Positions 1-11,940 of a DNA stretch of 64,000 nucleotides are shown piece by piece (position 1 is the stretch's first letter; the number at the start of each line of letters is the position of its first letter). Source of the stretch: Eledone cirrhosa (taxonomy: Eukaryota); NCBI GenBank assembly GCA_964016885.1, contig CAXHJY010001105.1:186001-250000 (forward strand), written 5' to 3'. The notes under the pieces are model-generated. The model was not told where the DNA came from, made no database searches, and was given only the letters and a program-made list of their open reading frames with translations. The translations under genes and the position numbers were made by a program.

Positions 1-2432
1 TGGTATTATACACAAGTATATATACATGTAGATATGATACATGTGTAGTGTGTATATTGGTATTATACACAAGTATATATACATGCTCACCGACATCCAG
101 AGTTGACATTGCACTCAGTGCTCCTTTGGGAGCCCCTACATGGACACACTAGAAGAGGAAGACCAAGGTTAACATATGTTGATGCCCTAAGGACAGACAC
201 TGGTCTGTTGGAGATGCAGGATATGGCAGCGATAATGAGGGACAGAGACCGCTGGAGAGAACTCGTCCATGGATCTTGGGAATTTTACCCGCCTTAGATA
301 GATAGATATATACATGTAGATATGTTACATGTGTAGTGTGTATATTGGTATTATACGCAAGTATATATACATGTAGATATATTACATGTGTAGTGTGTAT
401 ATTGGTGTTATACACAAGTATATATGATACATGTGTAGTGTGTATATTGATATTATACACAAGTATATATACATATAGATATGATACATGTGTAGTGTGT
501 ATATTGGTATCATACACAAGTATATATACATGTAGATATGTTACATGTGTAGTGTGTATATTGATATTATACACAAGTATATATGCATATAGATATGATA
601 CATGTGTAGTGTGTATATTGATATTATATGCAAGTATATATACATGTAGATATGATACATGTGTAGTGTGTATATTTATATTATACACAAGTATATATAC
701 ATATAGATATGTTACATGTGTAGTGTGTATATTGATATTATACACAAGTATATATACATGTAGATATGATACATCTGTAGTGTGTATATTGATATTATAT
801 GCAAGTATATATACATGTAGATGTGATACATGTGTAGTGTGTATATTGATATTATACGCAAGTATATATACATGTAGATATGATACATGTGTAGTGTGTA
901 TATTGATATATACACAAGTATATATACATGTAGATATGTTACATGTGTAGTGTGTATATTGATATTATACACAAGTATATATACATGTAGATATGTTACA
1001 TGTGTAGTGTGTATATTGATATTATATGCAAGTATATATACATGTAGATGTGATACATGTGTAGTATGTATATTGATATTATACACAAGTATATATACAT
1101 GTAGATATGATACATGTGTAGTGTGTATATTGATATCATACACAAGTATATATACATGTAGATATGTTACATGTGTAGTGTGTATATTGATATTATATGC
1201 AAGTATATATACATGTAGATATGTTACATATGTAGTGTGTATATTGATATTATACACAAGTATATATACATGTAGATATGTTACATGTGTAGTATGTATA
1301 TTGATATTATACACAAGTATATATACATGTAGATATGATACATCTGTAGTGTGTATATTGATATTATATGCAAGTATATATACATGTAGATGTGATACAT
1401 GTGTAGTGTGTATATTGATATTATACGCATGTATATATACATGTAGATATGTTACATGTGTAGTGTGTATATTGATATTATACACAAGTATATATACATG
1501 TAGATGTTACATGTGTAGTGTGTATATTGATATTATACACAAGTATATATACATGTAGATATGTTACATGTGTAGTGTGTATATTGGTATTATACACAAG
1601 TATATATGATACATGTGTAGTGTGTATATTGATATTTTACACAAGTATATATGATACATGTGTAGTGTGTATATTTATATTATACACAAGTATATATGAT
1701 ACATGTGTAGTGTGTATATTGATATTATACACAAGTATATATGATACATGTGTAGTGTGTATACTGATATTATACACAAGTATATATGATACATGTGTAG
1801 TGTGTATATTGATATTATACACAAGTATATATACATGTAGATATGTTACATGTGTAAATTGATATATACACAAGTATATATACTTTTGTATACTGATATT
1901 ATACACAAGTATATATACATGTAGATATGTTACATGTGTAGTGTGTATATTGGTATTATACACAAGTATATATACATGTAAATGTGTTACATGTGTAGTG
2001 TGTATATTGATATATACACAAGTATATATACATGTAGATATGTTACATGTGTATATTGATATCATACACAAGTATATATACATGTAGATATGTTACATGT
2101 GTAGTGTGTATATTGATATCATACACAAGTATATATACATGTAGATATGTTACATATGTAGTGTGTATATTGATATTATACACAAGTATATATACATGTA
2201 GATATGATACATGTGTAGTGTGTATATTGATATTATACACAAGTATATATACATGTAGATATGTTACATGTGTAGTGTGTATATTGATATCATACACAAG
2301 TATATAGCCATGTAGATATGTTACATGTGTAGTGTGTATATTTATATTATACACAAGTATATATAGATGTAGATATGTTACATGTGTAGTGTGTATATTG
2401 ATATTATACACAAGTATATATAGATGTAGATA
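1..2432. repeat. 57-bp minisatellite (with 45-bp deletion variants)
   Basis: Tandem unit catgtgtagtgtgtatattgatattatacacaagtatatatacatgtagatatgtta; 19-aa periodicity in spurious ORFs; 45-bp variants around 1600-1790. Confidence 0.97.
86..305 (+). mobile_element. 5'-truncated LINE 3' end (RTE-like) inserted in the minisatellite
   Basis: Encodes RRGRPRLTYVD...DRDRWRELV, typical of an RTE-type ORF C-terminus; (TAGA)n tail; flanking direct repeat atatatacatg at 75-85 and 306-316 (TSD). Confidence 0.8.
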
Positions 2433-2773
2433 TAATACATCAAATAACATCATAATTGACAATATACACAGAAATTGAAGAGAGACTGTGTTACACTGTC
2501 TTCTGTAATCAGTAAAGTAATCCATGATACATTAAAATAAGACAATATTATATATAAACTGCATTAGGAGAAAATTAGTGATGGAAATATAAACCTTATA
2601 TAACGATGTAAATCTATGGATGTTTATAAGTGATGTAATAAGTGTTATGATATAACGGACACTGACTGGAAGTATTGACATTTGAAAATTTAAAAGAAGT
2701 GAATCTTAAAATAATCAATCATTATATATAAGAATATCTTAAAATCTTCCAATGTAATTCTATATGAGTTAAT

Positions 2774-3111
2774 GGAGGCACATGGCTTAGTGGTTAGAAC
2801 ATTGGCCTTGCAATCGAAAGGTTGTGAGTTCAATTCTCAGACCGGGTGATGTGTTGTTTCCTTGAGCAAGACACTTTATTTCACATTGCTGCAGTTTACT
2901 CAGCTGTAGAAATGAGATGATAGGGACTGGGGTCCATATCATTCCACTGTAAAGTGGACGTGTAGGCGCCACGGCAAAAAAGCACCCAACACTCACTGTA
3001 AATGAGGTTGGTGTTAGGAAGGGCATTCAGCTGTAGAAATCAAGCCAAATCAGTTCCTGTCCCACCCTTGCAAGCAGGGAAAAGTGGACGTAAAATGATG
3101 ATGATGATGAT
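2774..3111 (+). mobile_element. tRNA-derived SINE with CORE-like body and RTE-type 3' tail
   Basis: A-box tggcttagtgg, B-box gagttcaattc, ccttgagcaagacactt CORE-like motif; tail cccacccttgcaagcagggaaaagtggacgtaaaa(tga)n matches the RTE end at ~28620-28660. Confidence 0.85.
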
Positions 3112-3355
3112 TAAGTTACTATCTTAGTAATGAAATAATTTTAATAGATCCCTCAAAATTGTTCATTAATTAATTGAAATATAGTGTTCCTATTTAAATT
3201 AAACTCTCCTAACATAATTTTATATAAGAACCTTATGTTAAGTTGCTATCTTAGTAATGAAATAATTAATTATTTTAATAACTCCTCAAAATTCTTCATT
3301 AATGAATCCAAAGTCAATGTCTTTCATTAGAAATACAGTAAAGAAAGGGTAAAAA
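3112..3355. repeat. Degenerate dispersed repeat related to the 116-bp satellite monomer
   Basis: cataattttatataagaaccttatgttaagtt and tgtctttcattagaaatacagtaaagaaagggtaaaa align to the two halves of the satellite unit at 32836-61611. Confidence 0.7.
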
Positions 3356-3397
3356 TCACTTACCTTTGGTTGGGAAAGTGGTTATTAAAAGACTTAC

Positions 3398-3486
3398 CAT
3401 TCCTGAGGAGAGTACGTAGTAATCATCCATGGACAGCAGAAGTCCTGGGTATGAGGAGAATGTGATCTTCCTTCCTGGAACTGTCT
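3398..3486 (-). CDS. PLBD2: Phospholipase B-like 2 internal exon ((E)TVPGRKITFSSYPGLLLSMDDYYVLSSGM)
   Basis: FSSYPG..S.DD.Y.L.SG motif of the phospholipase B-like family; pyrimidine tract + CAG acceptor ending at 3487, GTAAGT donor at 3397; phase 1 joins the upstream exon to give GAG. Confidence 0.9.
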
Positions 3487-3540
3487 CTGGAGAGAGAGAG
3501 GGTGAGAGATATAGATATATTGATAGATTTATGGATAAAT

Positions 3541-5300
3541 ATATTTCTTTATTAGCCACAAGGGCGCACAAGAAAAGGGGACAATACAAAGACACATGCC
3601 GGTGATTTTAGATACAATTGTGTACAAAATATGAATCAAACAATTATAACAATCGAAATCTCCAATAGGGGGGAGGTGCCACAAATGGGTTGTTTAATAC
3701 CCCGTAGATAGAACAACCCTCAACTTCAGGAGCGTGTTGTGCAAGTGCTCCTTTCTTCCTTTTGCTCTCTTCTTCAACCTACAGGCTTATATACAGAGAA
3801 GGCCCAATCACTCGGGCCATTTTCACTTCATTCACCCACCTTTCAGTAACTTTACTGGGGTGCAGTGCCTCTCTCTCCACCCTGATTCTCATTCTAAAGT
3901 GATATCTAAAGAAGGGAATGAGTTGTTGTCCGGAGAGAAAGGCATCTGTCCTCAGTCCTCTCAATCTCGTCCACCATATAACCTCTTTCCCCATAGCCAC
4001 CGTACAGAGGAAAACCGCCTCTCTTTCGTTTTTGAAAGAAGTTGGCGGTTTGATCCTTACTATGGACTTGGCAGTCAACTGGATTTGTCCCATACGCGAC
4101 AGCAGTTGTTCTGCGTAGTTCCACAGGTTGCTTACGCCCGGGCAGTGTACAATTGCGTACAGGATGGTTTCAATGTCCTGCTCGCATCTTGGACAGGTCC
4201 TCTTGGAAGGATCCCTGCTGGGGCGTCCGTGCCTGTAGATCTTGTCTCGAACTGGTAGAGTTTCTTGGAAGCACTGCCAGGCCAGGGACCTCTGGAAGTT
4301 GTTAATAGGTCCCGGGCGGAAAGTTCTACCGAAAAGACTGGTGAGCTCATCGTCTTTGACGCCTAGAGTCTCCCCGAGCATGTCGTCGCCCTTGTGACAT
4401 ACTAACCCTCTATAGAATGTCGAAGTGGAATCTCCACTGATTGCTGTGCCCACTTGACAGAGGACTGTGAGCGCCTGAGCGCATTCAATGTGCCAGGCAC
4501 CCATCTTCTTCGGTCTCCACTTGACTCAGGACTGCAGCTCCATCAGCGAGACATGTTGCGGTGGTCGGTGAGGAATACCTGGAGATGCTGTAGCCTCAGC
4601 GCATGTTTGCGCATCATTAGCCATGGCATTCCCAGCCCTCCGTTGGAAGAGTGCTGACAGCAGACGGATCTCCTCACCAGTGGAGCCTGCTTCTTCCAAA
4701 GGAACTGGAAGAGCATGTGTTCCATCTTGGTGAGGTATTCACGAGGACAAGGCACAATGGTCAAGCGGTAGGAGATGACGGATGCTATGAAAGTGTTTGC
4801 CACCTCCGCTCGACCTTTCAAGGATAGTTTGCACTCTGCCCACTTCTGGGTGAGCGCAAATACCTTGGCCGTGACCTCATTCCAGTTTTTCTTCACCTGG
4901 AGGTCCGGACCGAACCAGAGCCCGAGCAATTTCACCGGTCCGTCCGTCCAGCGTCCGACGATGTTGTCGGATGGCATCGGTTTGCCTCTCCACGTTCCGA
5001 GTTGCAAACCGACAGACTTATCCGGGTTCAGTTTTGCTCCTGTGAATCTTTTGTATTCCTGCAGTAAGTTGCCGAGATTTCCGACATCAATACTGTCACG
5101 TCGTCGGCATATGCCGATGACGCTTTCCACAATCCAGGTTCCAACGGGATGCCCTGCAGCAGCTCCAACTTCTGCAGTAGTGGCTCCAGAGTCAGCACGT
5201 ACAGAATGGACGAGAGAGGGCATCCCTGTCGGATGGAACGCGTGATTGCGAACGGCTCCGATAGGTAGCCGTTCCCCTTGACCATCGAGCAGATGGGAGA
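3541..5300 (-). mobile_element. 5'-truncated, frameshifted L1/Tx1-type LINE (RT C-terminal half and zinc-finger region)
   Basis: ORF pieces 5318-5028, 5223-4543 and 4504-3779 with IRQGCPLS, YADD and CPRC..ET....C motifs; diverged paralog of 6287-11940; ends in AATAAAGAAA. Confidence 0.92.
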
Positions 5301-5301
5301 T

Positions 5302-5450
5302 ATCATCATCATCATCATCGTTTAATGTCTATCTTCCACGCTAGCATGGGTTAGACGGGTTTTGTCCCATTTAGAGGCAAGTTGGGTCGGGTGACCGTGT
5401 CTTGCTCAGATAGTATGAGCAGCCGGTTTCAACAGAAAGAGGTGAGGGAA
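5302..5450 (-). mobile_element. RTE/SINE 3'-end fragment with (ATG)n tail
   Basis: (atc)n gtttaatgtctatcttccacgctagcatggg resembles the 3' ends at 15035, 19111 and 25228. Confidence 0.7.
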
Positions 5451-5452
5451 TT

Positions 5453-6286
5453 CTGAGGTAAAGCCTTTACTGTGAAAATACAATAGTATATATAGAGTAA
5501 TGTAAATGTTATGAGATATTATGTGAGGTAAAGCCTTTACTGTGACAATACAATAGTATATATAGAGTAATGTAAATGTTATGTGAGATATTATGTGAGG
5601 TAAAGCCTTTACTGTGAAAATACAATAGTATATATAGAGTAATGTAAATGTTATGTGAGATATTATGTGAGGTAAAGCCTTTACTGTGACAATACAATAG
5701 TATATATAGAGTAATGTAAATGTTATGTGAGATATTATGTGAGGTAAAGCCTTTACTGTGAAAATACAATAGTATATATAGAGTAATGTAAATGTTATGT
5801 GAGATATTATGTGAGGTAAAGCCTTTACTGTGAAAATACAATAGTATATATAGAGTAATGTAAATGTTATGTGAGATATTATGTGAGGTAAAGCCTTTAC
5901 TGTGACAATACAATAGTATATATAGAGTAATGTAAATGTTATGTGAGATATTATGTGAGGTAAAGCCTTTACTGTGAAAATACAATAGTATATATAGAGT
6001 AATGTAAATGTTATGTGAGATATTATGTGAGGTAAAGCCTTTACTGTGACAATACAATAGTATATATAGAGTAATGTAAATGTTATGTGAGATATTATGT
6101 GAGGTAAAGCCTTTACTGTGAAAATACAATAGTATATATAGAGTAATGTAAATGTTATGTGAGATATTATGTGAGGTAAAGCCTTTACTGTGAAAATACA
6201 ATAGTATATATAGAGTAATGTAAATGTTATGAGATATTATGTGAGGTAAAGCCTTTACTGTGAAAATACAATAGTATATATAGAGT
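5453..6286. repeat. 72-bp minisatellite, left part
   Basis: Unit tgaggtaaagcctttactgtgaaaatacaatagtatatatagagtaatgtaaatgttatgtgagatattatg; 70-bp variants present. Confidence 0.97.
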
Positions 6287-6523
6287 GGTTTCTTTATTTG
6301 CCACTAGGGCACAAAAGGTAGGGACAGATACAAGGGGGGAAGTTTACATATAATTAACGAGTACAAAAATATAACAATGAAATAACAACAACAAACGAAG
6401 TCCTCAATAGGGAGGGGGCATTAACATGGGTCGCACACACCCCGGAAAAAATGTGTAACCCTTCTCCTCAGGAGCACAAAGAGTAGGTGCCTCCCTCGTC
6501 TCCGCTTTTTCCTCTTCTTTCAC

Positions 6524-9500
6524 CTACAGGCTGATATAGAGAGAAGACCCATTCACTCTGGCCATTCTCCCTACTTTCACCCACCTTTCATAAAACTTGC
6601 TGGGGTAGAGCACCTCTCTCTCCATTCTGATCCTTCTTTTAAAATGGTATTTGAAAAAGGGGACCAGTTGTTGGCCGGAGAGAAAGGTGTCTGACCTCAG
6701 CCCTTTCAGCCTCGTCCACCATACAACTTCTTTAGCCATGGCTACCACACAGAGAAAAACCGCCTCTCCTTCGTTTTTGAAAGGGGGAGGCGGTTTGATC
6801 GTGACAATGGACTCGGTGGTCAACCGGATTGGTCCCACCCTCGACAGTAGTCGTTCCACATAGCCCCACAGGTCAGCAATGCCTGGGCAGTGTACGAATG
6901 CGTGCGCAACGGTTTCGTCATCATGCACGCATCTCGGACAGATCTTATTCAAAGGATCTCTACCCAGGCTCCCATGCCTGTGGAGCTTGTCTCGAACGGG
7001 TAGAGCCCCTCGGTAGCACTGCCAAGCCAGGGACTTTTGGAAGTTGTCCATCGGTCCAGGGCCAAACGTCCTACCGAACAGACTGGCCAGTTCATCTTCC
7101 TCCATGCCTAGAGCTTCTCCGAGAGCATCGTCGCACCTGCTGCGTACCAACCCTCTATAGAATGTCGAGGTGGAGTCTCCACTGATTGCCGGGTCCGCTT
7201 TCCAGAGGGCCGTGAGCGCCTGGGCACATTCAATGTGCCAGTCGCCCACTTTTCTCGGTCTTTGCTTGACCCAGGATTGCAGCTCGGTGAGCGAGACGAG
7301 TCTGGGAAAGGCTCGCCTCACAAACGGGGCCCACACCGGTTGACCGGTGAGGAATACCTGGAGGTGCCGTAGCCTTAATGCGTGTTTACGCATCTGTAGC
7401 CACGGCATCCCCAGCCCTCCTTTCGAAGGGTGTTGACAGCAGATGGATCTCCTCACCAAAGGGGTCCGCTTGTTCCAAAGAAATTGGAACAGCGCGCACT
7501 CCATTTTGGCGAGTCTTTTCACTGGGCAAGGCACGACGGTCAAGCGGTAGTAGATGACGGATGCTATATAAGTATTCGCCACCTCCGCTCGACCTTTCAG
7601 GGATAGTTTGCACTGGGCCCACTTCTGGGTGAGTGCAAACACCCTGGCCGTTACCTCGTTCCAGTTTTTCTCCACCTGGAGGTCTGGTCCGAACCAGACC
7701 CCAAGCAGCTTCACCGGGCCCTCCGTCCAGCGTCCGACGACGTCGTTGGAGGGCATCGGTTTGCCTCTCCATGTTCCGAGTTGCAAACCGACGGACTTGT
7801 CCCGGTTCAGCTTGGCTCCTGTAAACCTTTCATATTCCTCCAGTAAGGTGCCGATCTCACCGATTTGCGAGGTTTTCGACACCATTACTGTCACGTCATC
7901 GGCGTAGGCCGACGCCGCTTTCTGCAATCCCGGTTCCAAAGGGATGCCCTGCAACCGCTCCAACTTCCGCAGTAGTGGCTCAAGAGCCAGCACATACAGT
8001 AGGGAGGAGAGAGGGCATCCCTGTCGGATGGATCGCATGATTTGGAACGGCTCCGAGAGGTGGCCGTTCACCTTGACCCTTGAGCAGACGTTGCTGCTGT
8101 GCATCGCAGCAATCCAACCCCTGAAAACGGGTCCGAAGCCTGCCGCCGCGAGCACCGCATCCAGGTAACGATGGTCAACCCTATCGAAAGCTTTAGATTG
8201 ATCCAAGTTGATCAGGGCCCCACCAAAGCCGGGTTCATTCCCTACCCTCTCTATGATGTATCGCATAAGGTGGAGATTGTCGTGAATGGACCTGGACGGG
8301 ATTGCGCATGTCTGCGCTTCTCCCACCAGGTTTCCAACGACAAGCGCCAACCTCTTCGCTAACACCTTGGCCAAAATCTTTAACTCTGTATTTAGCAGAG
8401 TTATGGGCCTGAAGTTACTTATGTCATCCCCCTTGTTCTCATCCTTCCTCACCAGCGTAACTACGCCCTTGGTCACAGAACTGGGAATTCTCCCGTTCTG
8501 CTGCCAGTTGCAGTAGACCGCTTCGAGGATATCGGAGAACAAGTCCGGCATCGCTACATATAGCTCGTATGGTAGACCATCGAGACCCGGGGATTTGCGT
8601 TTGCCGCATTGGCTCAGCGCCGCCCCTATCTCAGCAGCTGAAATCGTCCTTTCGCAGGACTTCGCCTCCGCGTCCGAGAGGCGCGGCAGACCGTCGAGGT
8701 ATGGATTGAAATCCATAGTCTCACCCGGCGCGCCGCCCCTCTCGAACAGTCGTGCAAAGTGCCGCTGAAAGGCCGCACACATCTGCCCAGGTTCAAGGAT
8801 CACACGCCCATCCTGGTCCTTCAAAGACCGAATCGTGGACTTGTTCCCACTTTTTGCCTCTGTCACTCGGGCCCAGCTTACAGCTTTGGCTCCCTCATTA
8901 CCCAGAGCACGTATTTTACTCCTGACAACGCAGCCTTCATGCTTCACCTCAAAGAACTGGTCTAAGGCCATTCTTGATGCCAGCACGCCGGCTACATTGC
9001 CACTCCTAATCGCCTCTTCTACTCTATCTACTAATTCCCTTTCCGTCTTGTTCCTATCCCTTGCTAATTCCTGACTAAAACCTATCGATTCTATTCTAAT
9101 TGCTCTCTTAAGAGAGCTCCACCACCTGTTGTTGACAATTGCCCCTGTCAAATTCTGCTTAACTAACGTGCTAATCCGTTTACTGTAAGCTTTGCTTCTC
9201 GGTAAGGACAAGTTCAGCTTCCAGTAACCGGGTCCCTGTCTATGGGTTCTATCAAGGTTGGCTATGCAGGTCACTAACTTGTGATCCGAATAGTCAACCA
9301 TGAACATTTTTGGACAGCTAAATGTGTCCCTATCGTTCTCTCTAACTAGGACCCTATCTAGGTACGACCTAGATGTTCCACTGCGATTGGTCCACGTCCA
9401 TAGTGGTACAGTCGGAAAATCTAGTCGATATCTATCGGCCAGGTCAAATCGGCCGATTAACCTTTTGAGGCTTTTACACCCCCCCCCCTCTATTGGCACA

Positions 9501-9965
9501 TGCCCCTACATAGTCCCAACGTGCATCCAGGATACCATTCCAGTCCCCCACTAAAAGCAAGGAGCGGGACGTTCCCAGAAAAGTTTCCAGACGTTGGAAG
9601 TATTCCGGCCGCGCTGCCCAAAAAGGGGCGTACACAGCTATTAGTCTAAGGGCTCCACTTTCACTACTGCCGACGTCTAAAACCACCAGTCGACCCTCCG
9701 GGTCCAGGTGCACCTTCTGTATGGCGAGGCCCAGGTGTTTTCGCAGCAGAACGACAACTCCACCCCCACCCCCCGGTTGACAGAGAGATGCGAAGATCTC
9801 AAAGTCGTCGAAGAGGGGCGCCAGTTGGTGCTCGCTGCTGATCCTGGACTCGCAAATAGCCATTACATCCATTCTATGTGACCTGAGATCGTTTAAAAGT
9901 TTGCCTTGTTTCCAAGACAGTCCCAGGCCACGTACATTCAGAAACCCAACTCTTATATCAGCCAT
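6524..9965 (-). CDS. LINE ORF2: AP endonuclease + reverse transcriptase + C-terminal Zn finger (one frameshift at G10 run 9479-9488)
   Basis: LNVRGL, GDWN and SDH endonuclease motifs; PGLDG, FRPITLLN, KAFDRV, QGCPLS and YADD RT motifs; removing one G fuses ORFs 9965-9474 and 9499-6524 into 1146 aa. Confidence 0.92.
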
Positions 9966-9986
9966 GTTGGTTAAAAGAGGAAGGAC

Positions 9987-11729
9987 CTACCTGTTCGGCT
10001 CCTGAGGAGCAGGTTGCACAATATCCATGGGCGTATTGGAGGGGTTGTTTGGTGGGGTGTTGTTCTGTGGTGGAGTGGGGGTGTTTGGTGAGGTGTGGGT
10101 GGGGAAACGTTTCAAGAGGACGCGGTTATAGGGTCGAGTACATGTTTTCCCCACGTCCTCAGGAAAGTTCTCTCTTAGTTTTGCATAGGTGTCCATTGGG
10201 AGTCTTATCATTTTTAAATGCGGTTTGTTGGCCGCGCTTGCAAAGAATTGCCCTTCAGTTTCCACCAAAGGGTCTTTGTGTATTGTTTTTACTAGTTCTT
10301 TGTTATTTGTGTTAATGTATGTATACTGTTTTATTTGTGTTGTGTTTGTTTGTTGTTCTTGTGTGTGCTTACGTTTTGTTGTATGTGTTATGTTTTGGGG
10401 TGGGGCGGATTTTGTTTGTTCTGTTTGTTTTGTTTTTGTTGGTGGTTGTGTGTTTGTTTCGTTTATGTTCGAGTGGTGCTTTCTTTTTTTCCTTTTTACA
10501 GGTTGGAAGGGTTCCCCCTCTTCGTCACTAGGTGCCGTTTCCGCTGGGTCCTCGTCCGTGCTGTCGGGTAGTGGTGTATTTTGGGGTTTTGTTGTATTTG
10601 TGTGTGTTTTGGGAGTTGTTTTGGGTGGGGCCGTGTCTTGTGTTATTTTTCCCTGTTGTTTTTGTTGTTGTTGTGGTGGTGGTGGTGGAGGTGGTGGTGG
10701 TGGTGGTGGTGGCGGTGGTGGTGTGTGGGGTGTAGGCAAAAGAGCCTTTTTTTTTGTCAATTGAGGACAAGCAGCCCTTAGATGACCCCTGCTTGAACAG
10801 TAGTAACATATGGGCCTCCTACCCTCGGCTGAAATATATATAAATGTTTCTCCATCGAGGGACACCCTCTGTGGTATTCTAGCGATTCGTTCTGGTCTCA
10901 TTTGGACCAGAACCTCCACGCTCAAACCGCCGAAAACGTCTGTGGTGACTTCTCCTACTGAGAGGATTCCGTCCTCGTCTTCTAAAAATCCTGTTAGTAC
11001 CCAGGAAATGCATGCATTTGGCCGGATTCCGGAGACCCTTATCTTCTGCGTTCTTTTCCCTAAATATGTGGGGAAAAATGTATATATCTTGGAAATAATT
11101 GGTGCCACAGAGTATTTCCTGGCCGTCAATTGATCCTTCATTAGGACCGTTATATTCCCATAGAGTGGCCCTTTTTGTATGAACGATATATCACTCCACA
11201 CATTTTTTAGGACCAGCTCAATCTCTTTTTGGGATAATTGAGTTGGTTTCCTTGTTATGTTGGAAATTGTTCTGAAAGATATCGTTCTTAGCGTCGTGTC
11301 TCTTTTGATTTCTTGTGGGGAGGTGATTGTGAAGTCTCCTCCTTCTTTGAAAGTTACATACTGTTTTGCTTCCTTCATCTTTTCTCTCAGAGTTGTAATG
11401 TCCAGTTGCTTGCAGGTTTGTGTTTTCCGGACCGCCTGTGCAAAGGAGGTACCAGTAGTGGGTTCACTTTGTTTGGTGTTATCGTTATTTTTTCCTTGGT
11501 TGGTGTTGTGACTATTGCTGTTATTGTCGTTGATGTTTTTGTCTGCGTTTATGTGACTTTCTGGGTTTTCACCCATTTCTACAAATTTTTCTTTTAATTC
11601 CGTGTTCCATGTTTCTTTTGCAGAAGTGAGGAGGGAAGACTTAGAGCCTTGTGCTTCTAGCTTCTCTGTATCACCTTTCTTAGGGGGCGTGGCTTTCACG
11701 TTAGGATGAGATGTGAAAATTCCGTCCAT
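9987..11729 (-). CDS. LINE ORF1 (gag-like nucleic-acid-binding protein with CCHC knuckle)
   Basis: Open frame from the ATG at 11729 (MDGIF...); CYYCSSRGHLRAAC knuckle, poly-Pro/Gln tract, basic KRKKRK patch; ends 21 nt before ORF2. Confidence 0.88.
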   Translation of the reverse strand: MDGIFTSHPNVKATPPKKGDTEKLEAQGSKSSLLTSAKETWNTELKEKFVEMGENPESHINADKNINDNNSNSHNTNQGKNNDNTKQSEPTTGTSFAQAVRKTQTCKQLDITTLREKMKEAKQYVTFKEGGDFTITSPQEIKRDTTLRTISFRTISNITRKPTQLSQKEIELVLKNVWSDISFIQKGPLYGNITVLMKDQLTARKYSVAPIISKIYTFFPTYLGKRTQKIRVSGIRPNACISWVLTGFLEDEDGILSVGEVTTDVFGGLSVEVLVQMRPERIARIPQRVSLDGETFIYISAEGRRPICYYCSSRGHLRAACPQLTKKKALLPTPHTPPPPPPPPPPPPPPPPQQQQKQQGKITQDTAPPKTTPKTHTNTTKPQNTPLPDSTDEDPAETAPSDEEGEPFQPVKRKKRKHHSNINETNTQPPTKTKQTEQTKSAPPQNITHTTKRKHTQEQQTNTTQIKQYTYINTNNKELVKTIHKDPLVETEGQFFASAANKPHLKMIRLPMDTYAKLRENFPEDVGKTCTRPYNRVLLKRFPTHTSPNTPTPPQNNTPPNNPSNTPMDIVQPAPQEPNR

Positions 11730-11940
11730 TTCTATTAGTTTGCCGTAATAAATTTTTAACTGGAAAATTCGCCCCAAAAAGGGGCGAAAATAAATAAACT
11801 CAAAGTTTGACGACCAAGGCAAGGGGTTAACGTATATTACAGTATAAAAAAATTAATCAAAACTCACTTTTTGAGTAAGTAAATCCGACTCGGTAGCCGA
11901 GCTTGTTCACACACGTCAACACACGTCTCTCGTATACGAG

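Larger units (their letters stand above)
6287..11940 (-). mobile_element. Full-length L1/Tx1-type non-LTR retrotransposon
   Basis: 5' UTR, ORF1 with CCHC knuckle, short spacer, ORF2 APE-RT-ZnF and a 3' UTR ending AATAAAGAAACC; interrupts the 72-bp array. Confidence 0.95.

Noticed and set aside
149-2525. Long ORFs over the 57-bp, 72-bp, 30-bp and (TA)n repeats (also 5509-6201, 15651-17067, 23253-24614)
   Set aside because: They are translations of stop-free tandem repeats, open in several frames and strands, with no protein motifs.
2774-2850. tRNA gene (also 15486-15560)
   Set aside because: A/B boxes are present but run straight into SINE body sequence with no complete cloverleaf or terminator.
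10049-11597. Plus-strand ORFs antisense to LINE ORF1/ORF2 and RTE ORFs
   Set aside because: Shadow frames of the real minus-strand coding sequence.
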